From assembly GCA_035545215.1 (NCBI GenBank), contig DASZYU010000210.1:1-63831 (forward strand): a stretch of 63,831 nucleotides of DNA, written 5' to 3'. Source of the DNA: Puia sp. (lineage in GTDB: Bacteria > Bacteroidota > Bacteroidia > Chitinophagales > Chitinophagaceae). Each line of letters opens with the position of its first letter. Position 1 is the first letter of the stretch. The position numbers and the translations under genes are program-made. Shown one piece after another: positions 10,066 to 18,311 of the stretch. Under the pieces are notes generated by a model. It was not told the DNA's origin and ran no database searches. It saw nothing but the letters and a program-made list of their open reading frames with translations.

Positions 10066-10647
10066 ATGAACCAGTTGGCCATCTTCGCATCCGGGGCAGG
10101 CACCAATACGGCCCGCATCATCGACCATTTCCGCCATCACCCTTCCGTTCGGGTGAGCCTGATCGTCAGCAATAAACCCGACGCCGGCGTGCTGAAGATC
10201 GCCCGGGACGAAAGGCTTCCCGCCCTGGTGATCGAAAAAGAACGCTTTTTCAGAGGCGACGCCTATGTGGACGAGCTGCAAAAACACGCCATCGACCTCA
10301 TTGTCCTGGCAGGATTCTTATGGAAGATACCGGCGGCGCTGATCCGCGCCTATCCGGGAAAGATCGTGAATATCCACCCCGCTCTTTTGCCGAAATTCGG
10401 CGGAAAAGGCATGTATGGCCGGCATGTGCACGAGGCCGTACTGGCGGCATCTGAAAAGGAAACGGGGATCACGATCCATTATGTGGACGAACAGTATGAC
10501 CATGGAGCGCCGATCTTCCAGGCCCGGGTGGTGGTGGAAACGGACGATACCCCCGAAACGCTGGCAAAGAAGGTCCATCTGCTGGAATATGAACACTTCC
10601 CGAGGATCATCGAGGACGTGATCCGCCATCTGCAAAATCCAAGTTAA
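10066..10647 (+). CDS. purN: Phosphoribosylglycinamide formyltransferase
   Basis: FASGAGTN, LAGF, NIHPALLP, GITIHYVDE.YDHG. Confidence 0.97.
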   Translation: MNQLAIFASGAGTNTARIIDHFRHHPSVRVSLIVSNKPDAGVLKIARDERLPALVIEKERFFRGDAYVDELQKHAIDLIVLAGFLWKIPAALIRAYPGKIVNIHPALLPKFGGKGMYGRHVHEAVLAASEKETGITIHYVDEQYDHGAPIFQARVVVETDDTPETLAKKVHLLEYEHFPRIIEDVIRHLQNPS

Positions 10648-10733
10648 AAATTTCCACCCTTCCGCCCATTTGTCCGGTTTTGGTAGTAATATCACGGGGC
10701 GGTCGCGGGGGTATCACATAAAATTTACATTCT

Positions 10734-11480
10734 TTGGCCTTTTCTACCCATAAGTTCTTACTGCCGTTCGTCTTATTCATCTCTTTGCTTTTTGGCGGCA
10801 GGGTCAGCGGGCAACAGGCTACCGTTCACGGCACTGTATATAATATGTACCATACGCACCCGCTCGACGGGGTCAGCGTCATGAGCACTTCGGGGCGGGG
10901 CACCACGACGGACTCGAATGGCAACTACCTCATCGTGGTCCCGGTAAAGGACTCCATCTGGTTCTCGTACCTGGGGCGGACCACCGTCCGGTACCCGGTC
11001 TCTACCATCAATTATTATTCTGGTTTCGATATCGCCCTGCACGTGGATCCGGTGGAATTGAAAGAAGTCCGGGTAATGCCGCGCGACTACCGGGCCGACT
11101 CGATCCAGAACCGGCGGGACTATGCCAAAATATTCGATTATCATAAGCCGGGTGTCCGGATCACGGACGGCAGCGGCGGCCTGGGCGCGGGCGTAGACCT
11201 GAATGCGCTCATCGAAATGTTCAACAAAAGGGAGATCCACCGGACGCAGGCCTTCCAGCGACGGCTCATCGAAGAAGAACACGACAAATATGTCGACCAC
11301 CGGTTCAACCGTTCGATCGTATTGCGGATCACGCGCCTCGAAGGCGACCAGCTGGACAGCTTTATGGTGAGATATCGCCCCTCGTATGAATTTTGCGTGC
11401 GCGCCACCGATTACGATCTTTTCGACTATATCAAGCTCGCTTTCTCGGAATATAAAAAGGACAGGAAAGACCGCCCCTGA
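10734..11480 (+). CDS. Secreted protein with carboxypeptidase-regulatory-like (CarboxypepD_reg-like) domain
   Basis: Signal peptide; G.V.....PL.GVSV...GTTTDSNGNY and LKEVRV pattern. TTG start is uncertain. Confidence 0.75.
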   Translation: MAFSTHKFLLPFVLFISLLFGGRVSGQQATVHGTVYNMYHTHPLDGVSVMSTSGRGTTTDSNGNYLIVVPVKDSIWFSYLGRTTVRYPVSTINYYSGFDIALHVDPVELKEVRVMPRDYRADSIQNRRDYAKIFDYHKPGVRITDGSGGLGAGVDLNALIEMFNKREIHRTQAFQRRLIEEEHDKYVDHRFNRSIVLRITRLEGDQLDSFMVRYRPSYEFCVRATDYDLFDYIKLAFSEYKKDRKDRP

Positions 11481-11498
11481 CGCGGCAGCGGCGAAGGA

Positions 11499-12377
11499 CT
11501 ATTCGTCCAGATGCCCGTATTTTCCCTTGCTGAATTCGCTCATGGCCTCCGCCAGTTGCTCGTGCGTGTTCATCAGGAACGGTCCATAGGCAGCCAATGG
11601 CTCGTTGATCGGCTCGCCGCTCAGCACGAGCAGAATCGCGTCTTCTTCCGCCTCGAGCGCAATACTCTCTCCTTCGTTGGAAAACAGCGCAAAATGATCC
11701 AGCGGAAGATGGTCCGACCCGTTGATCGTAGCCGACCCTTCGACGGCCAGAATGCCGGTATTGTAGTTCGCCGGCAGATCGAATGTCAGTACCGTCCCCT
11801 TGCAAAGCTTCAGATCATAGACCTCGACGGGCGTGAACGTCGAAGCGGGGCCCCTGACCCCTTTGAAATTGCCCGCAATCACCTCGACCGTTCCGCCATC
11901 TGCCGGTAAAGGGTACCTGCCGAGGCTTTCGTGCGTGATCGACTGGTATTTGGGCGGCGTCAGTTTGTCTTTCGCCGGCAGGTTCACCCAAAGCTGGACC
12001 ATCTGGAACGGCCCCCCGGTCCGGCTGTATTCCCGCTCGTGGTACTCCTTGTGCAACAGACCGGAACCGGCCGTCATCCATTGAACGTCGCCCTCCCGGA
12101 TCACGCCCTTGCCTCCCGCGCTGTCCTCGTGCGCCACCCTGCCGTGATAGGCGATCGTGACCGTTTCGAAACCTTTGTGCGGATGAGCACCGACACCCCT
12201 GGGTGTTTCCGACGGCGAAAATTCCATTTTCGACACATAGTCCAGCAGAAAAAAGGGGCTCATCCGGCGCTTGTCCATGGTATAGCCGCCCGGGAAGAAA
12301 TTATGCACCCTGAACCCGTCGCCCACCATGTGGGCCGGAGGCGGAGCCAGCACCTGTTGTAGCTTTTTGACTGCCAT
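11499..12377 (-). CDS. Pirin family protein
   Basis: VGDGFRV, PFFLLD, HPHKGFETVT, QWMTAGSGLLHKE, YGPFLMN. Start reassigned to MAVKK at 12377. Confidence 0.95.
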   Translation of the reverse strand: MAVKKLQQVLAPPPAHMVGDGFRVHNFFPGGYTMDKRRMSPFFLLDYVSKMEFSPSETPRGVGAHPHKGFETVTIAYHGRVAHEDSAGGKGVIREGDVQWMTAGSGLLHKEYHEREYSRTGGPFQMVQLWVNLPAKDKLTPPKYQSITHESLGRYPLPADGGTVEVIAGNFKGVRGPASTFTPVEVYDLKLCKGTVLTFDLPANYNTGILAVEGSATINGSDHLPLDHFALFSNEGESIALEAEEDAILLVLSGEPINEPLAAYGPFLMNTHEQLAEAMSEFSKGKYGHLDE

Positions 12378-12421
12378 AGCGAGGGGATAACAAACAATCC
12401 CGGCCGAAGGTTGCAACGCCC

Positions 12422-12480
12422 GAAACCACGACTGCCGCGAATGCAGAAACCACGATTGTCGCGGTTGCGGAAACCACGAC
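12422..12480 (+). repeat. 24-bp imperfect tandem repeat (about 2.5 copies)
   Basis: GAAACCACGA begins at 12422, 12446 and 12470, giving a period of exactly 24. Confidence 0.85.
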
Positions 12481-12486
12481 CGCACC

Positions 12487-12494
12487 TATATTTG
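12487..12494 (+). promoter_or_regulatory. -7 promoter element TATATTTG
   Basis: Exact TAnnTTTG match 12 nt before the ATG at 12507. Confidence 0.65.
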
Positions 12495-12506
12495 TCCAAA
12501 AACTGT

Positions 12507-13049
12507 ATGGACCAGCAAACCCTTGGCATCGGCACACGCCTGCAGCATACCCAGTACGGGCCCGGCGTGATCGTAGGGATAAAATACGCCGTCTACCTCA
12601 TCTCCTTTATCCATCATGGTCTCAAAGAGATCGGCAAAGACGATCCGCACCTTGACCAGATCATACCCGAGAACGCGACCGTCGCGGTCGAAACGCAATC
12701 GGAAGCCGAACGCTCGCTCCTCGGCATCCTCCGGTTATGGGGCGGTCTCACCGAGATCGTTCCGATGGGGGACAGATGGAAAGGAGGAACAATGATCCTG
12801 CAGGCAGGTGACAAATCGATCAAACCGAAGGAGGTCCCGATCGAAGTCTTCTTTCATAAGATCGTCATGGCGCGGGACCGGCTCCGCGTGCTCGAACAAC
12901 AGATCAATGCGCACAAGGGCCTCAGCGACGAGGAGAAGATCAATCTTCAGCAATACATCACGCGCATCTACGGCTCCTTCACCACGTTCAACGTGTTGTT
13001 CAGGAACAAAGAGCAAAATTTTGTGGGAGAATCTTCTTCGCAGGGCTGA
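12507..13049 (+). CDS. Conserved hypothetical protein with an N-terminal Tudor/SH3-like segment
   Basis: 180 aa from MDQQTLGIG; IGTRLQHTQYGPGVIV..YLISF..GLKEI, then FFHKIVMARDRLRVLEQQIN and QQYITRIYGSFTTFNVLF. Confidence 0.8.
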   Translation: MDQQTLGIGTRLQHTQYGPGVIVGIKYAVYLISFIHHGLKEIGKDDPHLDQIIPENATVAVETQSEAERSLLGILRLWGGLTEIVPMGDRWKGGTMILQAGDKSIKPKEVPIEVFFHKIVMARDRLRVLEQQINAHKGLSDEEKINLQQYITRIYGSFTTFNVLFRNKEQNFVGESSSQG

Positions 13050-13080
13050 AAATAAAAAACCTCCCTTTGAGGGGGGAGGT
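13050..13080 (-). terminator. Intrinsic terminator
   Basis: Minus strand ACCTCCC-ccctcaaa-GGGAGGT followed by TTTTTATTTT. Confidence 0.85.
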
Positions 13081-13122
13081 CGCCCTAATCAGTTCCATAA
13101 CCATTAAACCTTATCCTATTTG
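13050..13122 (-). ncRNA. Candidate small RNA (~70 nt)
   Basis: Own promoter-like CTTG-N21-TAACTTTA, AU-rich body with repeated AGG/UGG, intrinsic terminator. No supportable ORF. Confidence 0.45.
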
Positions 13123-13201
13123 TAATAAAGTTAACTAAACTTTTATTCATTTTCCAAGAATTGTGGAAGAATGGTGCAAAACTTCCGATCCATGGTCCTG
13201 C

Positions 13202-15199
13202 TTAGTAGCGCATCAATTTTTGCACGTATTCGTGAAGGCGGTGGCTGGCCAGAAAATTTTGCTCGAGGACCCCGTTGAAGGGAACCGGTGTATCGAGCGA
13301 AGCGCACCTTAATACTGGCGCATCCAGCCCCTCGAAGCAGTATTCCGCTATCCATGCCGCTATTTCTGCACCGATGCCACCCGTGAGGGTGTCTTCGTGC
13401 AAGACCAACACCCTTCCGGTGCGCTCCACTGCAAGCCGGATCGAGGCGTAATCGAGCGGCAGCAGCGTGCGCAGATCCAGGATGCTGATGGAATACCCGG
13501 GGTGGTCCGCCGCATATTCCAGGGCCCAATGGACCCCGGCCCCGTACGTGATGATCGAAAGATCCTCTCCGTCCTGAACGGTCCGGCTCTTGCCGATCGG
13601 GATCGTGTAGTAATCCTCCGGCACGGGTCCGCTGACGCTGCGGTAAAGCGCTTTGTGTTCGAAGTACATCACGGGGTTGGGGTCCTCGATCGCGGCAATG
13701 AGCAATCCCTTCGCGTCCACCGGCGTCGACGGATACACGATCTTCAATCCCGGCGTATGAAAAAACCATGCTTCATTGCTTTGCGAATGAAAAGGACCTG
13801 CCCCGACGCCGGCGCCCGTCGGCATCCGGATCACAACATCCGCCTGTTGGCCCCACCGGTAATGGATCTTCGCCAGGTTATTGACGATCTGGTTGAATCC
13901 CGCCGTCGCGAAATCGGCGAACTGCATTTCCATGACGCTCTTGAATCCCTCGAGGCTCAGCCCGAGCGTGCAGCCTACTATCGCGCTTTCGCAGAGCGGC
14001 GTATTCCGCACCCGCCTTTTCCCATATTTCTCCACGAGGCCCTCGGTGATCTTGAACGCGCCACCGTATTCGGCGATGTCCTGTCCCATCAGGATGAGAT
14101 TGTCATGCCCGCGCATCGCCTGGTCGAGTCCTTCTTTAATGGCGTCGATCATCCGCTTTTGAGGTCCGGGGACCGGCGCTTCCTCTTCTTCCCAGGCCGG
14201 CGTCTGCCGGTAGCTTCCGGCCGGCGCATAGACATCGTCCATCTCCTGCCCGGTATCGGCGACGATGGTGATGGGTCCCGAAGCTTTATTCAGCTCGGCT
14301 TCGATATGACCGCGTATCTCTTCGCGGATCTGTTCGGTCGTCGCATCGTCCAGCACACCCTGTTCGCGCAGCCAGACCTCGTAATTGACCACGGGGTCCT
14401 TCTTACCCCAGTCTTCCAGCAATTCGGGCGGTACATATTTAACGCCGCTGGCCTCCTCATGGCCCCGCATCCGAAAGGTCATGCATTCCACGAGATAGGG
14501 GCGTTGATACCGGATACAGTAATCGCGGACGCCGCGCAGCGTGTCGTTCACCGTAAGGATATTGTTGCCGTCGATACGCACGCCCTGCATGCCATATCCT
14601 TCGGCTTTATAAACGAGTGTCTCACAACGATACTGCTCGCTGACAGGCGTGCTGAGACCATATCCGTTGTTCTCGATGAGGAAGATCACCGGGAGGTCCC
14701 ACACCGATGCGACGTTCAATGCTTCATGAAAATCGCCTTCGCTCGTACCTCCGTCGCCCGTAAAGACGAGTGATGCGGCCGACCTGTCCTGTAATTTATA
14801 GGCCAGCGCAATCCCGTCCGCGATGGCCAGCTGCGGGCCGAGATGAGAGATCATGCCGCAGATGGCGTGTTCCCGGCTACCAAAATGAAAACTTCTTTCC
14901 CTGCCTTTGCTATAGCCGTCGGCGCTGCCCTGCCACTGCAGGAACAGCCTCGAAAGCGGCATTCCCCGGCTGGTAAACACGCCGAGGTTGCGGTGCAGCG
15001 GCAGGATCCACTCGTCCGGCTCCATGGCCAGTGTAGCGCCTACGGCGATCGCTTCCTGCCCGATCCCGCTGAACCATTTGCTGATCCTGCCCTGCCGCAA
15101 TAAGACGAGCATCTTCTCTTCGATCATCCGGGGCAGCAGAATGCTTTTATAGAGACGGATCAATTCTTCGTTACTACGGTCTTTTCTTTCAAAATACAT
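13202..15199 (-). CDS. 2-oxoacid (branched-chain type) dehydrogenase E1, fused alpha+beta
   Basis: TPP motif GDGGTSEG...NN, RMRGHEE, NTPLCE, EMQFADF, GPFHSQ. Confidence 0.92.
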   Translation of the reverse strand: MYFERKDRSNEELIRLYKSILLPRMIEEKMLVLLRQGRISKWFSGIGQEAIAVGATLAMEPDEWILPLHRNLGVFTSRGMPLSRLFLQWQGSADGYSKGRERSFHFGSREHAICGMISHLGPQLAIADGIALAYKLQDRSAASLVFTGDGGTSEGDFHEALNVASVWDLPVIFLIENNGYGLSTPVSEQYRCETLVYKAEGYGMQGVRIDGNNILTVNDTLRGVRDYCIRYQRPYLVECMTFRMRGHEEASGVKYVPPELLEDWGKKDPVVNYEVWLREQGVLDDATTEQIREEIRGHIEAELNKASGPITIVADTGQEMDDVYAPAGSYRQTPAWEEEEAPVPGPQKRMIDAIKEGLDQAMRGHDNLILMGQDIAEYGGAFKITEGLVEKYGKRRVRNTPLCESAIVGCTLGLSLEGFKSVMEMQFADFATAGFNQIVNNLAKIHYRWGQQADVVIRMPTGAGVGAGPFHSQSNEAWFFHTPGLKIVYPSTPVDAKGLLIAAIEDPNPVMYFEHKALYRSVSGPVPEDYYTIPIGKSRTVQDGEDLSIITYGAGVHWALEYAADHPGYSISILDLRTLLPLDYASIRLAVERTGRVLVLHEDTLTGGIGAEIAAWIAEYCFEGLDAPVLRCASLDTPVPFNGVLEQNFLASHRLHEYVQKLMRY

Positions 15200-15237
15200 A
15201 CGATCTGATTTGCATGCCGAGTCTGAATTACTGAAAA

Positions 15238-15594
15238 CTACCTGCCTGTGTCCTCTCCGTGTTTATCCTTTTTGTACAGCAGCGAGGTCAGCAGGGACAA
15301 CAACAGGCTGAACAAAAGCGCCCACCAAAAACTGTCCACCACGAACCCGCGAACAAAATCGCTGGCCAATAGCACAATAACGGCATTGATGACAAAAAGG
15401 AAGAACCCGAGGGTGACGATCGTTATCGGCAAAGTAAGGATGATGAGAATGGGTTTCAGCAAGATGTTCAGGACCGCCAGTACCAGCGAAAGCACGATCG
15501 CCGTCCAGAAAGTATCGATATGAATGCCCGGCAACACGGAAGAAAGCGCAAAAGCAACCACCGCCGTGATGATGATGCGGAGCAGGAAATTCAT
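15238..15594 (-). CDS. 4-TM phage-holin-like membrane protein (YvlD/DUF360 type)
   Basis: LN.LLKPIL.ILTLPIT..TLG.F.FVINA signature. Confidence 0.88.
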   Translation of the reverse strand: MNFLLRIIITAVVAFALSSVLPGIHIDTFWTAIVLSLVLAVLNILLKPILIILTLPITIVTLGFFLFVINAVIVLLASDFVRGFVVDSFWWALLFSLLLSLLTSLLYKKDKHGEDTGR

Positions 15595-15658
15595 GCGGTT
15601 CTTTTGTCCAAGTTACGGCAATCTGATTATTCGGCCAACGCCGGAAAGCGGCCGGCGC

Positions 15659-16975
15659 CTACACCACCACCAGTTCGTAGAAAGCTTCGGGCTCGAGATA
15701 CTTAACGGCCATGGTCCGCAGCTCTTCCGGCGTAATGGTTTTGATGATCCGGACGCCCTCTTTGAAATAATCGCCGTCCAGTCCGTTCAGCAGGATATTC
15801 TTCCACCGCCCGGCTACGTGAAAAGGACCGTCGAGATCGCCAAGGATGCTGCCGATCGTAAAATTGCGCGCCATCTGCAGCTCTTCCTCATCGATGAGTT
15901 CGGTCCGCAGCAGCTCCATCTCTTTGTACACCTCCCGGATGGCGGGAACGCATACGTCCTTGCCGGCTTCCGTGCTGATCATCAGCGCGCTGGTCTGGAT
16001 GTTGTTCGCCAGCCAGCTGTGTATGCCATAGGTGTACCCCTTGTCCTCCCGGATATTCGCCATCAGCCGTGAGCCGAAATACCCGCCGAACACATTGTTC
16101 AGGACCTGCACTTTTTGGAAATCGGGATGATGGCGGTTGGGAAAATTCCGTGCGATCCGGATCGATCCCTGCACGCCATTGGGGTCGTTGACGACGTTGT
16201 ACTTCCTGCCGGTTGCCGGCGTGATCGCAGGCGCCGGCAGTGCCGCATAGGGTAGAGGCGGCCGCAGGGGAAGCGCGCCGAAGCTGGTCTCCAGCCGCCC
16301 GATAAGATCCGCCGGCAATTTACCGGCGGCCAGGATACGACAGGCGCCATGCCGGTAAAAACGGTCGAAGAACCCCGCGAGATCTTCCCGCTCCAACGCC
16401 TGGTAATTTTCCAGCTGCGAATATTTCCCATAAGGATGCTGTTCGCCGTAGAGGTAGGCATCGATCAGCCGGGTCGCAACGAAATCGCTTTTTTTCAGGC
16501 TGACCTGCAGGCGCTGCTGACTGTTGCGTTTATAGATCTCCACCTCCTCGCCCGGATAGACGGAATCCGAGAGCAGTTCGGCCACCACCGGAAGGAGTTC
16601 GCCGGAATACTTGTTGAGACAGTGTAGCGTCAGCTCTGCGGTCTCATGATGAGAAACGCGGTTCAGATAGGCGCCGTAATATTCAAAGTGCTCGTTGATC
16701 CCGAATGCGGTCCGCGCGGACGTCCCGTTCTTGAGCAGGCTGTTGGCTGCAGCGGCCACTCCTTTTTTCTCCTCCCACGAGTTGCCGGCGTCGAAGATCC
16801 AGCTGACCATCATTGCCTCGACATTGCCCAGGTCGATGGCGTATACTTCCACCCCGTTCGACAGGACATGCTTCCGGAAGGGCGGAAGGTTGAGCTCGAA
16901 TTCTATTGCATCTTTTATAGGCGGCGCTATGGCCCTGTTCAATGTAGCGGTCGTTCGTACTTCCATGCTGTTCAT
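15659..16975 (-). CDS. M16 peptidase, non-catalytic subunit
   Basis: M16 fold (FGGYFGSRLMANIREDKGYTYG) but no HxxEH (reads AAANSLLKNGT); ATGA overlap with the upstream partner. Confidence 0.9.
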   Translation of the reverse strand: MNSMEVRTTATLNRAIAPPIKDAIEFELNLPPFRKHVLSNGVEVYAIDLGNVEAMMVSWIFDAGNSWEEKKGVAAAANSLLKNGTSARTAFGINEHFEYYGAYLNRVSHHETAELTLHCLNKYSGELLPVVAELLSDSVYPGEEVEIYKRNSQQRLQVSLKKSDFVATRLIDAYLYGEQHPYGKYSQLENYQALEREDLAGFFDRFYRHGACRILAAGKLPADLIGRLETSFGALPLRPPLPYAALPAPAITPATGRKYNVVNDPNGVQGSIRIARNFPNRHHPDFQKVQVLNNVFGGYFGSRLMANIREDKGYTYGIHSWLANNIQTSALMISTEAGKDVCVPAIREVYKEMELLRTELIDEEELQMARNFTIGSILGDLDGPFHVAGRWKNILLNGLDGDYFKEGVRIIKTITPEELRTMAVKYLEPEAFYELVVV

Positions 16976-18225
16976 TTTTCATCGGACGCTTCCTGCGTCC
17001 TGTAATAAAGCGTATTGCTGTTCAGCGGGTCGAAGATCCGGCGGCTCGTTTCCAGCATGGCTTCCGCCGTGACGGCCCGATACTTTTCCAGCTCGGTATT
17101 CATCATGTTGACGTCGCCCAGCAATTCGTAAATCGCCAGGCTGTTGGCGCGGTTCATTACGCTCATGTCTTCGAATACGATCGCCGATTCCGTCTTGTTC
17201 TTCACCTTCTCCAGTTCTTTCACGCCAACCGGTTCGCTCTTCAGGCGGTCGAGCTCGTCTTCCACGGCCCGGTCGGCCTCTTCCATACTCACTCCTCTGA
17301 TCAACTTGCCCTCGATCACGACCAGGCCCGGGTCAACGGAACCGGTATGATAACAATCGATCTGGCTGAACAGCTTTTTTTCCTTGATCAGCGATTGGTG
17401 CAAACGCGAGGACGCCCCGCCGCCCAACACTTCGGTGAGCAGATCGGCCACATAGTAACCCGGCTGCGTACGCGAGGCCATCGGATAGCATTTATACAGG
17501 GCGTCCAGCGGAACGGGTGCCTTTACCGTGAGTCGCCGCTCTTCGCGTTGCGGCGGTTCCTGCGGCAGATTGCGCTGGTACCGTTCACCCGCGGGTATAT
17601 CTCCGAACCATTTCTGCGCCAGGCCCCGTACCTGTTCGGTTTTCACTTTACCCGCCACGACCAATATCGCATTGATCGGCCGGTAATATTTAAAGAAGAA
17701 CCGTTTCACGTCCTCGAGCCGCGCCTGCTCGATATGACCCAGCTCGCTGCCAATGGTCATCCACCGATAGGGATGCTGTTTATATACCAGCTCGCGCAGC
17801 TTGAACCAGACATCCCCGTATGGTTTATTGAGATAATGCTCCTTGAACTCTTCCATGACAACCTTGCGCTGCACTTCCAGGCTCTTCTCGCTAAAGGCCA
17901 GCGATAGCATCCTGTCACTCTCGAGCCAGAAAGCGGTTTCGATGTTCTCTGCGGGCAGCTGAATATAGTAATTCGTGAAGTCGTTGGTCGTATACGCGTT
18001 GTTCTCACCGCCGGCCAGTTGCAAAGGCGTTTCGAAATCTTCGATGTTGACGGAGCCGCCGAACATGAGGTGTTCGAAGAGATGTGCGAACCCTGTCCGT
18101 TTCGGATCCTCATCCCGGGCGCCTACATCATAGAGCACGTTAACGACGACCATCGGGGTGGATGCGTCTTCATGTACGAGAACCCTTAATCCATTGTCCA
18201 GCTGGAACCTTTCATAGTTGATCAT
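16972..18225 (-). CDS. M16 peptidase, catalytic subunit
   Basis: TGFAHLFEHLMFGGS, NAYT, LESDRM, VMEEF. Confidence 0.93.
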   Translation of the reverse strand: MINYERFQLDNGLRVLVHEDASTPMVVVNVLYDVGARDEDPKRTGFAHLFEHLMFGGSVNIEDFETPLQLAGGENNAYTTNDFTNYYIQLPAENIETAFWLESDRMLSLAFSEKSLEVQRKVVMEEFKEHYLNKPYGDVWFKLRELVYKQHPYRWMTIGSELGHIEQARLEDVKRFFFKYYRPINAILVVAGKVKTEQVRGLAQKWFGDIPAGERYQRNLPQEPPQREERRLTVKAPVPLDALYKCYPMASRTQPGYYVADLLTEVLGGGASSRLHQSLIKEKKLFSQIDCYHTGSVDPGLVVIEGKLIRGVSMEEADRAVEDELDRLKSEPVGVKELEKVKNKTESAIVFEDMSVMNRANSLAIYELLGDVNMMNTELEKYRAVTAEAMLETSRRIFDPLNSNTLYYRTQEASDEK

Positions 18226-18311
18226 AAATAGCCTCTTTTCGCCGCGCGCCGCCTCGATGCCGGCGTCTTCCGCGCGGTGCCCCCCGGGGGGAGGTGCAAT
18301 TTAATGAAAAT

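Noticed and set aside
12422-12480. Mini-CRISPR array
   Set aside because: The conserved unit is only 10 bp, the 14-bp linkers resemble each other, and there are no cas genes.
12378-12506. N-terminal extensions of pirin (from 12485) and of the hypothetical protein (from 12411)
   Set aside because: They only translate the 24-bp repeat; better ATG starts and a promoter box lie downstream.
15238-15594. Holin as evidence of a prophage
   Set aside because: The YvlD/DUF360 type is a common chromosomal gene; no endolysin or other phage genes are nearby.
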